Positions 19,754 to 29,640 of a stretch of 64,000 nucleotides of DNA are shown piece by piece (positions within the stretch are counted from its first letter, which is position 1; each line of letters begins with the position of its first letter). The DNA lies in assembly GCA_965223705.1 (NCBI GenBank), contig OZ245015.1, positions 4,000,001 through 4,064,000 on the forward strand, read 5' to 3'. The notes under the pieces are model-generated. The model did not search any database and was not told the origin of the DNA. It saw nothing but the letters and a program-made list of their open reading frames with translations. The stretch comes from Myxococcota bacterium. Its GTDB lineage: Bacteria; Myxococcota_A; UBA9160; UBA6930. The position numbers and the translations under genes are program-made.

Positions 19754-20686
19754 TCAGAGCTTCGACAAGAACTCGAAGGTGCGGTCGAAGGCTTCGGGAT
19801 CGACCTCGGCGATTGCGGCGTTGAGATCGGTGGCGCCGGCTGCCCGCACCCGCTCGAGGCCCTCCCGCAGCGTTGCCTCGTCGCCGAGGATCGCGAGATC
19901 GGCGGGGTCCGACACGCCCTCGCGGTCGAGCATCGCGCGGTAGCTCGGCAGCGTGCGGTAGACCTCGAGCCCCGCGGACAACTTCGCGCGCGCTTCGTCG
20001 GCGCGATCGGTCAGGGCGATCGGGAAGCCCGCGATGATACGAGGCGCGGCGCCTCGGCCTTCCGCCGCCCGAGCGATCGTCGGGCGGATATGTCCCTCGA
20101 GCGTCTTGGGCCCGACCATCCAGGTGATCGTGCCCTGCGTGAATCGACCCGCCAAGCGGAGCATCTGCTCGCCGAGAGCCGCCACGACGACGGGCACCGG
20201 TTCGACCCCGGCGGCCCCTACCGAGAGGCCGTGGACCCGATACTGCTCGCCGGAAAAGTTGACCTGCTCGCCGCGCAAGAGCGGTGCCAACACTTCGAGG
20301 TACTCGCGCATGTGACGCGCCGGACGCTCGTAGGACAGACCCAGCGCGTCTTCGATCATGACCTTGTGCGCGAGTCCGATCCCCAGCGTGAAGCGATTGC
20401 CGCTGGCAGCCGCCGCGGTAATCGCCTGTTGCGCAATGGCCGTGGGGTGCCGCGGATAGGTGGGCGTGACGGCCGTTCCCACCTCGATTCTCTGGGTCTC
20501 CCGTCCGGCGATAGCGACCGTCATGATAGCGTCGAGAGCGAACACGTTCGCCATCCACAAGGTGTCGAGGCCAGCGTTCTCCACTCGCTTGGCGAGTGCG
20601 CTGATCTCGTCCACCGTATGGCTTCGACCGATTTCGTTGACGTCCGCGCTGTTCGAGCGCGCGCCGGTCATGATTCCGATTCTCAT
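19754..20686 (-). CDS. LLM-class F420-dependent oxidoreductase
   Basis: IEVGTAVTPTYPRHP.A.AQQA.T, GRFTLGIGL.H, AALGEQML, Y..LPSYRAMLDREG. Confidence 0.88.
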   Translation of the reverse strand: MRIGIMTGARSNSADVNEIGRSHTVDEISALAKRVENAGLDTLWMANVFALDAIMTVAIAGRETQRIEVGTAVTPTYPRHPTAIAQQAITAAAASGNRFTLGIGLAHKVMIEDALGLSYERPARHMREYLEVLAPLLRGEQVNFSGEQYRVHGLSVGAAGVEPVPVVVAALGEQMLRLAGRFTQGTITWMVGPKTLEGHIRPTIARAAEGRGAAPRIIAGFPIALTDRADEARAKLSAGLEVYRTLPSYRAMLDREGVSDPADLAILGDEATLREGLERVRAAGATDLNAAIAEVDPEAFDRTFEFLSKL

Positions 20687-20734
20687 CGTTGGCTCCGTGG
20701 TGTTGTGCCCGCTGTGGGCGGCCGGGAGGCAAGG

Positions 20735-21913
20735 CTAGCTCACGTCGATGAGGCCTCTCTTCGCGAGCCAGGTCTTCGTCAACGCGACCGCCTCGGCGAG
20801 CTTGTCGGGCTGGCCGAGGTAATAGTGGGTGGCGCCCTCGATGCGTGCGTGCTCCTTCTCCGCGTGCTTCACCGCGGCGAAAATGCGCTTCGGGTGGGAC
20901 GGCAGGCACGCGTTGTCCGCCGAGTTCTCGACGACGAGCACCGGAACCGACACGTCCGCCGCGCACTTCGGCCCATCGGCCCGCGAGTGTCGATAAGACC
21001 ATTGCGAGAGCCAGGCCCGCAAGCTCGAGTAGCGGGCCAGCCCGGCCGGCATCATGTTGACGAGCCGCGGGTCTCCCATATAGGTAACCCCGGGCTCGCG
21101 ATCGTTCGGCTCGACGCTCGGGTCGAGCCAGCACGGCGCCGCCATCGTCCCGTGCACGATGAAGCCGCGTTCCTCGTGCGGGCGCCCCGCGCGTCGCAAC
21201 GAGTCGAGGGTCTCGAGCACCCAGGCGTCGATCTTCTCGGACCGCGCGATCTGTGCGGCGGCGTAGCGCTCGAGGAAAGCCTCGTTGTAAGGCGGTTGGT
21301 TCGGATTCCCGGGATCGTAGAGATCGAGCTCGGGGTCGCGGTCGTTGGGGTCGAGCTCATCACGGATCGAAGCGTCGATCCATTCCGTGAGGATGATGGC
21401 GCGGCTCACGTGGGCCGCGAGCTGAAGCACCGCGTCCGCAGGCTCGAGCTTCGCGCCCTTCACGTCGACGGGGTCTCCCGCGGGAGTCGTCTCGATCGAA
21501 GGCTTCTCCGCTTGGCTCTGATAGAACATCGAGAGCGACCCGCCCCCCGACCAGCCGGCGAGAACGACCCGCTCGTAGCCGAGCTTCTCCTTCGCGTAGC
21601 GGACGTACTGTCCGAGATCGAGAATGACCTTCTCCATGACCAGGGCGGAATCGTTGTGCGGATACCGCGAGCCACAGGTGAGGCACGGGATCCCCGCAGC
21701 CGCGAGCGCGTTCGGCATCGGCAGCAGGTTCATCACCCCGGTGGGATGCATGAAAACGAGCACCGTCTTCGCGTCGGTGCCCTTGGGGCGATGGTGCTGC
21801 CCCTCGACTGCGACCACGTCCGCGCCACCGCCGTAGGTCTCTTTGAATGGGCTCTTCTCTTGCCAGACGAGGTGGAAGGGAATGCGCTCGACTTCGTACT
21901 GCTGCTCGCTCAT
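20735..21913 (-). CDS. Alpha/beta hydrolase
   Basis: GWSGGG nucleophile elbow and C-terminal GATHYY; coupled to the upstream VOC gene (ATGA overlap). Confidence 0.85.
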   Translation of the reverse strand: MSEQQYEVERIPFHLVWQEKSPFKETYGGGADVVAVEGQHHRPKGTDAKTVLVFMHPTGVMNLLPMPNALAAAGIPCLTCGSRYPHNDSALVMEKVILDLGQYVRYAKEKLGYERVVLAGWSGGGSLSMFYQSQAEKPSIETTPAGDPVDVKGAKLEPADAVLQLAAHVSRAIILTEWIDASIRDELDPNDRDPELDLYDPGNPNQPPYNEAFLERYAAAQIARSEKIDAWVLETLDSLRRAGRPHEERGFIVHGTMAAPCWLDPSVEPNDREPGVTYMGDPRLVNMMPAGLARYSSLRAWLSQWSYRHSRADGPKCAADVSVPVLVVENSADNACLPSHPKRIFAAVKHAEKEHARIEGATHYYLGQPDKLAEAVALTKTWLAKRGLIDVS

Positions 21914-22560
21914 GTGCGGACCTCTCCCGGGTCGCCGCTTGCACGCCCGGCCTTGGCGATTCCTTCGTTGGCCGCCTCGGCGATCTTGCTCTTCAGTACT
22001 TCCTTCTCGTCCCGTTCGCGTTTGGCGCCCGCGAGTCTCGCAGCGCGAACCGCCGCGGTACGCGAAATCCATTCGCCCATGACCCTCGGTCCGTTGGCGG
22101 CCTCCTCAGCGAGGATCGCGTCGTGACGATCGTCCCTCACCGTGAACTCCAGGTTGAGCCCATTGGGATCGAAAAAGTAGATCGAGTGACAGAAGTGGTG
22201 ATCGATCGGTCCAAAGACGGCGACGCCGTGCTCCTCGAGCCGACGCTTGAACGCGGTCAGTTCTTCCCGCGAGCCGACTTCCATGGCGACGTGAAACTCC
22301 TCGAGGCCATCCCGGATGGGGAACTTCTCCTCCTCGACGGTGTGCGGCAGGTCGAAGAACGCGATGAAGTTCTGATCGCCGAACTCGAAGAAGAGATGCA
22401 TGAACGGCTGATCCTTGCCCGTCGGGTCCTTCTCGAACGTCAGCGCAGCACGGAGAGGTAGCCCGAGGACGTCCTCGTAGAAATGACGGGTTTCCTCGGC
22501 GTCCCGGCATCGAAAAGCACTGTGATGAACGCCTCGGATCGGAGGTGCGGTTGTGGGCAT
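21910..22560 (-). CDS. VOC/glyoxalase family protein
   Basis: HHSAFRC.D.EET..FY..VLG, H.A, SIYFFDPNG..LE. Confidence 0.88.
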   Translation of the reverse strand: MPTTAPPIRGVHHSAFRCRDAEETRHFYEDVLGLPLRAALTFEKDPTGKDQPFMHLFFEFGDQNFIAFFDLPHTVEEEKFPIRDGLEEFHVAMEVGSREELTAFKRRLEEHGVAVFGPIDHHFCHSIYFFDPNGLNLEFTVRDDRHDAILAEEAANGPRVMGEWISRTAAVRAARLAGAKRERDEKEVLKSKIAEAANEGIAKAGRASGDPGEVRT

Positions 22561-22648
22561 CGGCTTCTCTGCTCGCGGATCGCCGGAATCCGCGGAAATT
22601 TTCTACAATGGCGAGTACCGAGAATATCGCAGTTTCGAGGGCTCTCTC

Positions 22649-23026
22649 ATGGACGGTATGGAAAGCGACTGTGTCGAACGGATGTTCGCCGCCATCTCGC
22701 GGGGCGACATGGCGGCGTTCAAAACCTGCTTTACCCCCGGTGCGCTCATCTGGCACAACGACGACGAAAAAGAGCAAGACGTCGACGCGGTAGCCGCCGT
22801 GTTGGGCCACCTTCATGCGGCGAGTCAATCCGTAGCGTACGAGGAACAGCGGATCGTTCACTCGGGAAACGTCGTCTTCGTTCAGCATGTCCTCCGAGCA
22901 CCGCTCACGTCTGGCAACACACTTCGTCTACCGGCGATGATGCGGATCGAACTCGGCGATGACGGTCGCGTCGCGAGAATCGAAGAGTACTTCGACAGCC
23001 GCGCGACCGATTGTTTGCAGTCGTAG
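22649..23026 (+). CDS. SnoaL-like/NTF2 (ketosteroid isomerase-like) protein
   Basis: GD......F...A.IWHN.D, FVQHVL, RI.EYFDS; start uncertain (22649 or 22658). Confidence 0.8.
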   Translation: MDGMESDCVERMFAAISRGDMAAFKTCFTPGALIWHNDDEKEQDVDAVAAVLGHLHAASQSVAYEEQRIVHSGNVVFVQHVLRAPLTSGNTLRLPAMMRIELGDDGRVARIEEYFDSRATDCLQS

Positions 23027-23032
23027 CGCGGA

Positions 23033-24271
23033 ATGGAGAGATCGATGGAGTCGACCCAGTCACCGCCCGACGCGACCCGGGTTCCGTATCGCGTCTTCAC
23101 GGATCTCACACTCTACGAGTGCGAGCAGGAGACGATCTATCGCGGGCCCACCTGGAGCTATCTCGGGCTCGATGCGGAGCTTCCCGAGCCCGGGGATTTT
23201 CTGACGACCTTCGTCGGGGACACCCCCGTCGTCGTGACGCGTACCGAAGAGGGCTCGCTCGCAGCGTGGGTCAACCGTTGCGCGCACCGAGGGGCGATCG
23301 TTTGCCGCGAGCCGCGGGGCAACGCCACCTCGCACACCTGTGTCTACCATCAGTGGTGCTACGACACGCGCGGTCGCCTCGTCGGCCTTCCCTTCCGCCG
23401 CGGAATCGGTGGCAAGGGCGGAATGCCCAAAGACTTCGATCTAACGGCACACAGCCTGACGCCCTTGCGTGTCGAGAGCTACCACGGGCTCGTGTTCGCG
23501 ACCTTCGACCGGGAGCTCGAGCCTGTGGCCGACTACCTGGGGCCGGAGTTGCGACGGTACGTCGATCCGCTGATCGGGCGCCCCCTCCGGGTGCTGGGCT
23601 ACGCCAGTCAAACGATCGGGGCCAACTGGAAGCTGTATCTCGAGAATACCCGCGATCCGTACCATGCGAGTCTGCTTCATCTCTTCCACGCGACGTTTGG
23701 CCTCTATCGGTCTTCGATGAAAGGCGCGACCACGGTGGATTCCAAACGCGGTGTCCACTGCATCCTCACGCTCTTTCCCACCGAGGAGGAAGACCTTTCC
23801 GAGTACGAGTCCGATGCGGTTCGGAGTTATCAAGCCGGGACCCGACTCGCCGATGCATCGCTCCTCGACGGGCGCAAAGAGTTCGAGACCAACCTGGTGA
23901 TCGCGCAGGTCTTTCCGAGCCTCGTGATCCAACAAATCCAGAACACACTGGCCATGCGGCAGATCCTTCCGAAAGGCGTCGACCGCTTCGAGCTGCGGTG
24001 GACCTACTACGGTTTTGCGGACGATGACCCGGCGCTTTCCGAAATGCGGACCAAGCAAGCGAATTTCGTGGGCCCCGCCGGTCTCATCTCGATGGAAGAC
24101 GGGGAGGCCACCGAGCTGGTTCAGCGGGCTGTACAGCGGGATCCCGAGGTCGAATCGGTCCTCGAGATGGGGGGTCGCGAGCCGGGAAACGCGGATCACC
24201 TCGTGACCGAGGGAGCCCTCCGCTCCTTCTGGCTCGCCTATCGCGAATTCGTCGGAGAAGCCCTGTCGTGA
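23033..24271 (+). CDS. Rieske aromatic ring-hydroxylating oxygenase, alpha subunit (salicylate 5-hydroxylase/anthranilate dioxygenase-like)
   Basis: Rieske CAHRG...CVYH, mononuclear Fe NWK...EN..DPYHASLLH, GPAG.ISMEDGE. Confidence 0.92.
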   Translation: MERSMESTQSPPDATRVPYRVFTDLTLYECEQETIYRGPTWSYLGLDAELPEPGDFLTTFVGDTPVVVTRTEEGSLAAWVNRCAHRGAIVCREPRGNATSHTCVYHQWCYDTRGRLVGLPFRRGIGGKGGMPKDFDLTAHSLTPLRVESYHGLVFATFDRELEPVADYLGPELRRYVDPLIGRPLRVLGYASQTIGANWKLYLENTRDPYHASLLHLFHATFGLYRSSMKGATTVDSKRGVHCILTLFPTEEEDLSEYESDAVRSYQAGTRLADASLLDGRKEFETNLVIAQVFPSLVIQQIQNTLAMRQILPKGVDRFELRWTYYGFADDDPALSEMRTKQANFVGPAGLISMEDGEATELVQRAVQRDPEVESVLEMGGREPGNADHLVTEGALRSFWLAYREFVGEALS

Positions 24272-24756
24272 GCGAAGTTCCGTCGACCACCGAAGCGAGA
24301 CTTCTGGTGGAGTCCCTCCTCGCGGAGTACGTGCAGTGCATCGACGACGACGAGCTCGAGCAGTGGCCCGGCTTTTTCAGCGATCCGTGCCTCTACCGCG
24401 TCCTCTCCCGAGACTCGCACGAGCGGGGCTTGCCGGTTGCCGTCATTCACTGCGATAGCCGGGGCATGCTGGAAGACCGCGTGTTCTCTCTCCGCCACGC
24501 GAACATCTACGCCAAGCAGAATTACCGACACTTCCTCGGCCCCACGCAGGTGCGTTCCGTCTCTCCGGACGGCCTGATCGAGGCGCGAACCAACTATCAG
24601 GTGATTCGCACCCTCGCCGACGGTGCCACGGGAATCTTCAGCGTGGGCGTCTACATCGATCGGATCGAACTCCGCGACGGCGCGGCGCGCTTTTGCGAAA
24701 AGCTCGTCGTGTACGAGAACAGCAGCTTCGACACGCTGCTCGCGATCCCCCTGTAG
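24268..24756 (+). CDS. Aromatic ring-hydroxylating oxygenase, beta subunit
   Basis: Y...IDDD.LE.WP.FF, GML.DRV..LR.AN, G.Y.D, terminal LLAIPL; overlaps the alpha stop. Confidence 0.92.
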   Translation: MSEVPSTTEARLLVESLLAEYVQCIDDDELEQWPGFFSDPCLYRVLSRDSHERGLPVAVIHCDSRGMLEDRVFSLRHANIYAKQNYRHFLGPTQVRSVSPDGLIEARTNYQVIRTLADGATGIFSVGVYIDRIELRDGAARFCEKLVVYENSSFDTLLAIPL

Positions 24757-24786
24757 GCCGGGACCATTCTGCGATAAGACACGGCG

Positions 24787-25617
24787 ATGGAAAACTTCGA
24801 AGGACGCGTGGCCGTCGTCACTGGCGGTGCTAGCGGGATCGGATTGGGAATCGCCCGCGCCCTGGCCGGTGCGGGAATGAAGCTGGTGGTGGCCGACCTC
24901 GACCCCGAGGCCATGGCCGCGGTGGAGACCGAGCTGTCGGCCGCCGGGGGCGAGGTGCTGACCAAGCGCTGTGACGTATCGAAGCTCGAGGAGATCGAGG
25001 CGCTGGCCGAGGCAGCCATCGAGCGGTTCGGCAAGGTCAACGTACTGTGCAACAACGCTGGGGTCGGCATCCCGACCGCCACCCACGACCTCAAACTCGA
25101 GGACTGGCGGTGGATCATCGACGTCGACCTGTGGGGACCGATCTACGGAATCAAAGTCTTCCTCCCCCTGATCGAGGAAGCCGGCGAGGGCCACATCAAC
25201 ACGACGTCGTCGATGGCCGGGCTGATCGCTCCCCGCATGATGGGAGCCTACAACGTGGCCAAGCACGGGGTGGTGGCGCTGATGGCCACCCTCGCGCGCG
25301 ATCTTCGCGGCCGCAAGAGCCCGGTGACGGCGTCGGTGCTGTGCCCCGGACCGATCAACACCAACATCAGTCGCAACTCGGTGACCTACCGACCGACCGG
25401 TACCAAGCCCGGCGCCGACGGTCGAACCGCCGGCAAGACCGCGGCCAGCATTCAGGCCGCACTCGAGCAGGGCATGGACCCCGACGAGGTCGGCCGCCTG
25501 GTGCTTGAGGCCATGGGCAAAGACCAGTTCTGGATCCTGACCCATCCCCAATGGACCAAGGCCATCCGGAACCAGCTCGACGCCATGGACGACGATCGAA
25601 GCCTGACCCGGGCCTGA
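24787..25617 (+). CDS. Short-chain dehydrogenase/reductase
   Basis: TGGASGIG, NNAG, YNVAK. Confidence 0.93.
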   Translation: MENFEGRVAVVTGGASGIGLGIARALAGAGMKLVVADLDPEAMAAVETELSAAGGEVLTKRCDVSKLEEIEALAEAAIERFGKVNVLCNNAGVGIPTATHDLKLEDWRWIIDVDLWGPIYGIKVFLPLIEEAGEGHINTTSSMAGLIAPRMMGAYNVAKHGVVALMATLARDLRGRKSPVTASVLCPGPINTNISRNSVTYRPTGTKPGADGRTAGKTAASIQAALEQGMDPDEVGRLVLEAMGKDQFWILTHPQWTKAIRNQLDAMDDDRSLTRA

Positions 25618-25638
25618 TATCGAAAAGCGCGACGGGGC

Positions 25639-27426
25639 CTACGAGAGCTCGTCGGCGGTGGTGAAGGTGAACCGTTCCGACATCGCTTCGCGAGCGCGGG
25701 CCATGTGGGTGTAGTACTGCTTGAACGAGCCGTTGTAGTTGCCGTCCTGGCGTCGCGTCTCGGCTCCCTCGAAGTTGTAGTAGCCGGGTGTGCATTCCTT
25801 GTTGCGGTTGGTCTTGCCGCGGTTGGCGATGACCTGCTGGACCCAGAATTCTTCGGCCTCGGGCTTGACGTCGAGACTTCGCAACCCGTTGTCACGCGCG
25901 AACGCGATGCATTCGGCGATGTGCTCCCCCTGGCTGTCGAGGATGTGCGTCAGGTTGAAGGCGAACGACGCCTGGTAGCCGCCCATGATGAAGAGATTCG
26001 GGAAGCCGTGGGTGTGGATTCCAAATAGCGTCCGGATACCCGTTGAATACTTTTCCTGAAGGTCGAGGCCGCGTTCTCCGACGATGTGGTTGTAGATTCC
26101 GGTTTTTTGAACCTCGAAACCGGTGGCGAAGATCAGCAGGTCGAGCTCGTAAGTCTTGTCTTCGAACACCACGCCGCTCTCGTTGATCTCGGTGATCCCC
26201 TTCCCCTGTGTATCGACGAGGTGCACGTTCGGGCGGTTGAAGCTCGGCAGGTACTCGTTGTGGAAACAGGGGCGCTTGCACATCAGCATGTACCACGGCT
26301 TGAGCGCCTCGGCAGTCGCTTCATCTTCGACGACCTCGTCGATGCGGCGGTGGATGCGCATCATGGCATCGATGTTGGCGTTCTCCTGCCGGCGGATCTT
26401 TTCCTCTCGGCTGATCGCCTTCCGCTTCGCCCTCTCGGCTTCCGTGAGTTGCGGCCCTTCCATGGCCCTGCGCCGGCGCTCGGCCTGCCAGCCTGGCTTG
26501 AGAGAAGCCGCCCACTTCGGGTCGGTCTCCCAATCGTCCTTGATGTCGATCGAAGAAGGCGTTCGCTGGAAGACGTAGAGCTCCTTGGCCTTCTTCGCGA
26601 GGTTGGGGACAGCCTGCACCGCGCTTGCCCCGGTCCCGATGATCCCGACCCGGTGGTCCGTGAGTTTTTCGAGTTCCGCACCGGTGAATTCATAGTCCCA
26701 ACGCGACGTGTGGAACGAGTGGCCCCGGAACGTTTCGATGCCTTCGATCTTCGCCAGCCTGGGTTTGGAGAGCGTGCCGTTGGCGCAGACGACGAATCGG
26801 GAGCGCATCCGGTCGCCGCGATCGGTTTCGATCTCCCAGACCTGCTCTCGCTCGTTCCAGATCGTTCGGGTGACGGTCGTCTGGAACAGAGCGAGATCGT
26901 ACAAGTCGTAACGCTTGGCGATCATCCGGCAGTACTCGAAGATCTCGTGGCCCTCGGCGTAGTGCCGGGAGGGCACGTACCCCGTCTCGTCGAGGAGGGG
27001 CAAGTAGTCGTAGGCCACCACGTCGCAGGCGACGCCCGGGTAGCGGTTCCAGTACCAGGTGCCGCCGACGTCGGCACCGCGCTCGACGATGCGAATGCTC
27101 TCGACTCCCTTGGCTCGCAGCCGGGCCGCGGTCAGCAGGGCCGAGAACCCGCCCCCGATGAAGAGCACTTCGACGGTGTCCGACAACGGGTTTCGCGGGG
27201 CGGTCTCGCCGGAGTAAGGGTCGATCTCGTAGCTCGCCAGGTCTCCCTCGAGCTCGGTGGTGTAGATCTCGGTGCCGGGCGGGCGGTACGCGAGACGGAG
27301 GTCTCTCTGCTCCGCGTATCTCGCCTTGATGCGCTCGTAGTACTCCTGCGGAGGCCGATCGGAGCCCCCGTCGATGTCGAAATGGAAGGGGTTCTGGGCC
27401 TTCCGATCGTCACGCGGCGCTGTCAA
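25639..27426 (-). CDS. Baeyer-Villiger monooxygenase (FAD/NAD(P)H-dependent)
   Basis: GGGFSA, GGTWYWNRYPG..CD, BVMO fingerprint FRGHSFHTSRW, GTGASA; own GGGAGGG RBS and TTG at 27426 although in frame with the upstream metB-like ORF. Confidence 0.88.
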   Translation of the reverse strand: MTAPRDDRKAQNPFHFDIDGGSDRPPQEYYERIKARYAEQRDLRLAYRPPGTEIYTTELEGDLASYEIDPYSGETAPRNPLSDTVEVLFIGGGFSALLTAARLRAKGVESIRIVERGADVGGTWYWNRYPGVACDVVAYDYLPLLDETGYVPSRHYAEGHEIFEYCRMIAKRYDLYDLALFQTTVTRTIWNEREQVWEIETDRGDRMRSRFVVCANGTLSKPRLAKIEGIETFRGHSFHTSRWDYEFTGAELEKLTDHRVGIIGTGASAVQAVPNLAKKAKELYVFQRTPSSIDIKDDWETDPKWAASLKPGWQAERRRRAMEGPQLTEAERAKRKAISREEKIRRQENANIDAMMRIHRRIDEVVEDEATAEALKPWYMLMCKRPCFHNEYLPSFNRPNVHLVDTQGKGITEINESGVVFEDKTYELDLLIFATGFEVQKTGIYNHIVGERGLDLQEKYSTGIRTLFGIHTHGFPNLFIMGGYQASFAFNLTHILDSQGEHIAECIAFARDNGLRSLDVKPEAEEFWVQQVIANRGKTNRNKECTPGYYNFEGAETRRQDGNYNGSFKQYYTHMARAREAMSERFTFTTADELS

Positions 27427-27457
27427 TTCCGTCCCTCCCAGCTGGATTCGTGGTCCG

Positions 27458-28626
27458 CTAGACTCGAGAGCCCGGTCGACGTCTGCGACCAGGTCGGCCG
27501 CGTCCTCGATGCCGCAAGCCAGTCGGCAGAGCGAATCCGTAATGCCCCACTCGAGGCGCTTCTCCGGCGGCATTTCCCAGAACGACATCGTCACCGGCAA
27601 TTCGATGAGGCTTTCCACGCCGCCCAAGCTCGGCGCCTGGTACGGCACGCGGGTCGCGTCGACAAAGCGCAGTGCACCGTCGAGATCGGTATCGATCTCG
27701 AACGTCACGACTCCGCCGCCGCCGCATTTGCTCCTTTGATCCGGATGGCTGGCGAGACCCGGATACCAAACGCGCCTCACCTTGTCGTGCGACTCAAGAT
27801 GGCGCGCCACCGCGAGACCGTTGTTGTTGTGCCGCTCCATCCGAAGCGAGAGCGTCTTTAAGCCGCGCAACAGCAACCACGCGGCGTGACTGTCGATGAC
27901 CCCGCCGAGGATTCCGAGTGCCTGCCGAATCTTCGACACGAGGGCCGCGCTTCCTGTCACGGTGCCCGCCAACAAGTCGTTATGGCCGCCTAGATATTTC
28001 GTCGCACTGTGGAGCACCAGATCGGCGCCGAGATCGAGCGCGCGCTGATTGATCGGCGTCGAGAACGTCGAGTCGACGATCACGATGACGCCCCGTTCGC
28101 GCGCAATCGCGCTCACCGAGGGAATATCGGTAACCCGCAAGAACGGATTCGTGGGAGATTCGGTAAAGAACACGGCGGTCTCGGGACGGATGGCCTTCCG
28201 GAACGCCTCGGTGTCGCCGGGTTCGATCACCGTCGTCTCGACGCCGAACCGCACGAGGAAACCATCGATGAATTGTCGCGTCCGACGGTAGCAATCGCTG
28301 GTGACGACAAGATGCGCTCCCGGGGACAGGAGCGCAAAGAAGGTCGTGGTCGCGGCGCACATCCCCGAAGCGAAGAGCACACTCTCCTCTCCGCCTTCGA
28401 GCTCTGAAAGTTTTCGCTCGACGGCCCGCCACGTCGGATTGCCGTAGCGACCGTATTCTTCTCGGTCGCGCTCGCCCTCGTTGTACGCGATGACCTCCGC
28501 CGAATCTTTGAACCAGAACGTCGACGTGAGATAGATCGGGGTCGTTATCGAGTGGGCTTCTTGCTGACGGAGCTCGCCGGCGTGGACGGCGTCGGTGCTT
28601 TCTCCGCGACTTCTCGGTTTCGTCAT
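27458..28626 (-). CDS. metB: Cystathionine gamma-synthase/lyase family PLP enzyme (carries apparent small deletions; natural stop TAG at 27460-27458 is out of frame)
   Basis: YGRYGNPT, FASGM.A, ESPTNP, HSATKYLGGHND (PLP Lys), SLGGVESL; ATG at 28626 overlaps the upstream TGA. Confidence 0.8.
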
Positions 28627-29069
28627 TTCAAGTGCTCCCGCAGCTTTCGGTTCTCCGCGTCGAGAATCCGCGGGACGATAAAGCGATAGATCGCCGTCCA
28701 GAGCCGCGCGCCGCGGAACAAGAACCGTCCGCGCAACTCGTTGCGCACGACAGAAGAGGTGTCCGAGAGCGGCTGGATCGTGAACGACTGGCTGTGGGGG
28801 AACCAGTCGCGCCCCTGGTCTGCCAACTCGCTCCACGCGATGCGAAGGTCGCCGCAACGGTGAACGCGCGCGACGCGACGCTCCCGATACAAGCCGAAGA
28901 AACGATGATCGATGCGCGAGCGGCTCCCGCGGCGAAGAAATGGGGTCTCACACTCGACGGCTTTGTGGAAGACATTGAGCGAGAACAGAAACGCCGACTC
29001 AGACAAAGACTCGAACACCGTCTCGGCCGGCGCTTCGACATGAACTTTCCGCACGCAAGAGATCCGCAT
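28623..29069 (-). CDS. SRPBCC/polyketide cyclase-like protein
   Basis: V.VEAPAETVF..L N-terminus and a helix-grip-like pattern; AGGAGG upstream. Confidence 0.55.
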   Translation of the reverse strand: MRISCVRKVHVEAPAETVFESLSESAFLFSLNVFHKAVECETPFLRRGSRSRIDHRFFGLYRERRVARVHRCGDLRIAWSELADQGRDWFPHSQSFTIQPLSDTSSVVRNELRGRFLFRGARLWTAIYRFIVPRILDAENRKLREHLK

Positions 29070-29152
29070 CTCGCCGGATCCTACCTCCTGGGTCGTCGGA
29101 TGTCTGGCGCTGGAGTAGTTTCTGCGTGGGGCGAACACGTCGGGAGAATCGG

Positions 29153-29599
29153 ATGAGCGAAGCGCGCGTCAGCGGAAGCTGCTTCTGCGGTGAAGTCAAC
29201 TTCGAGATCGCACTTCCGACGTTGTTCTGTGTCCATTGCCACTGCTCGATGTGCCGACGGCCACACGGCGCGAGCTTCGTCACCTGGACCGGCGTTCCCC
29301 CTGAGCGTTTCCAAATCACGAAAGGCGAGGAACGCCTGCGCACCTACGAGAGTTCCACCGACGGTCGCCGCCAGTTCTGTGGCACCTGCGGGTCCCAGTT
29401 GTTCTGCTGGCATGTCCGCTCGGATGATCGACCGCCGGAGGTCATCGACATCGCCTTGGCTGCGCTGCAGGGTCCCATCGATCGCGATCCGGAACTCCAT
29501 GTCTACTACGATTCGCGGGCGTCCTGGACCGTGGTCCACGACCATATCCCCAAGCGCGGGGGCGAGACCGGTATACAGCCGTTGGATCCACCGGCATAG
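29153..29599 (+). CDS. GFA (CENP-V/glutathione-dependent formaldehyde-activating) family protein
   Basis: GSCFCG, CHCSMCRR, RQFCGTCGS Zn-binding motifs. Confidence 0.92.
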   Translation: MSEARVSGSCFCGEVNFEIALPTLFCVHCHCSMCRRPHGASFVTWTGVPPERFQITKGEERLRTYESSTDGRRQFCGTCGSQLFCWHVRSDDRPPEVIDIALAALQGPIDRDPELHVYYDSRASWTVVHDHIPKRGGETGIQPLDPPA

Positions 29600-29640
29600 A
29601 ACATCCGAGCGCGGCTTGGACGACGACCGGGAGGCAGAGC

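Noticed and set aside
15979..22126. Long alternative-frame ORFs (15979-17787, 19350-21134, 20090-22126 and similar, also 26086-27861, 51272-52993, 56382-58121)
   Set aside because: They are antisense or off-frame shadows of well-supported genes, Arg/Ala/Gly-rich and motif-free, as expected at high GC.
25639..28857. Genuine 1072-aa cystathionine synthase-monooxygenase fusion protein
   Set aside because: An internal RBS and TTG, an out-of-frame TAG at the expected metB end and nearby deletion scars argue for two genes; the 5' extension also overlaps another CDS.
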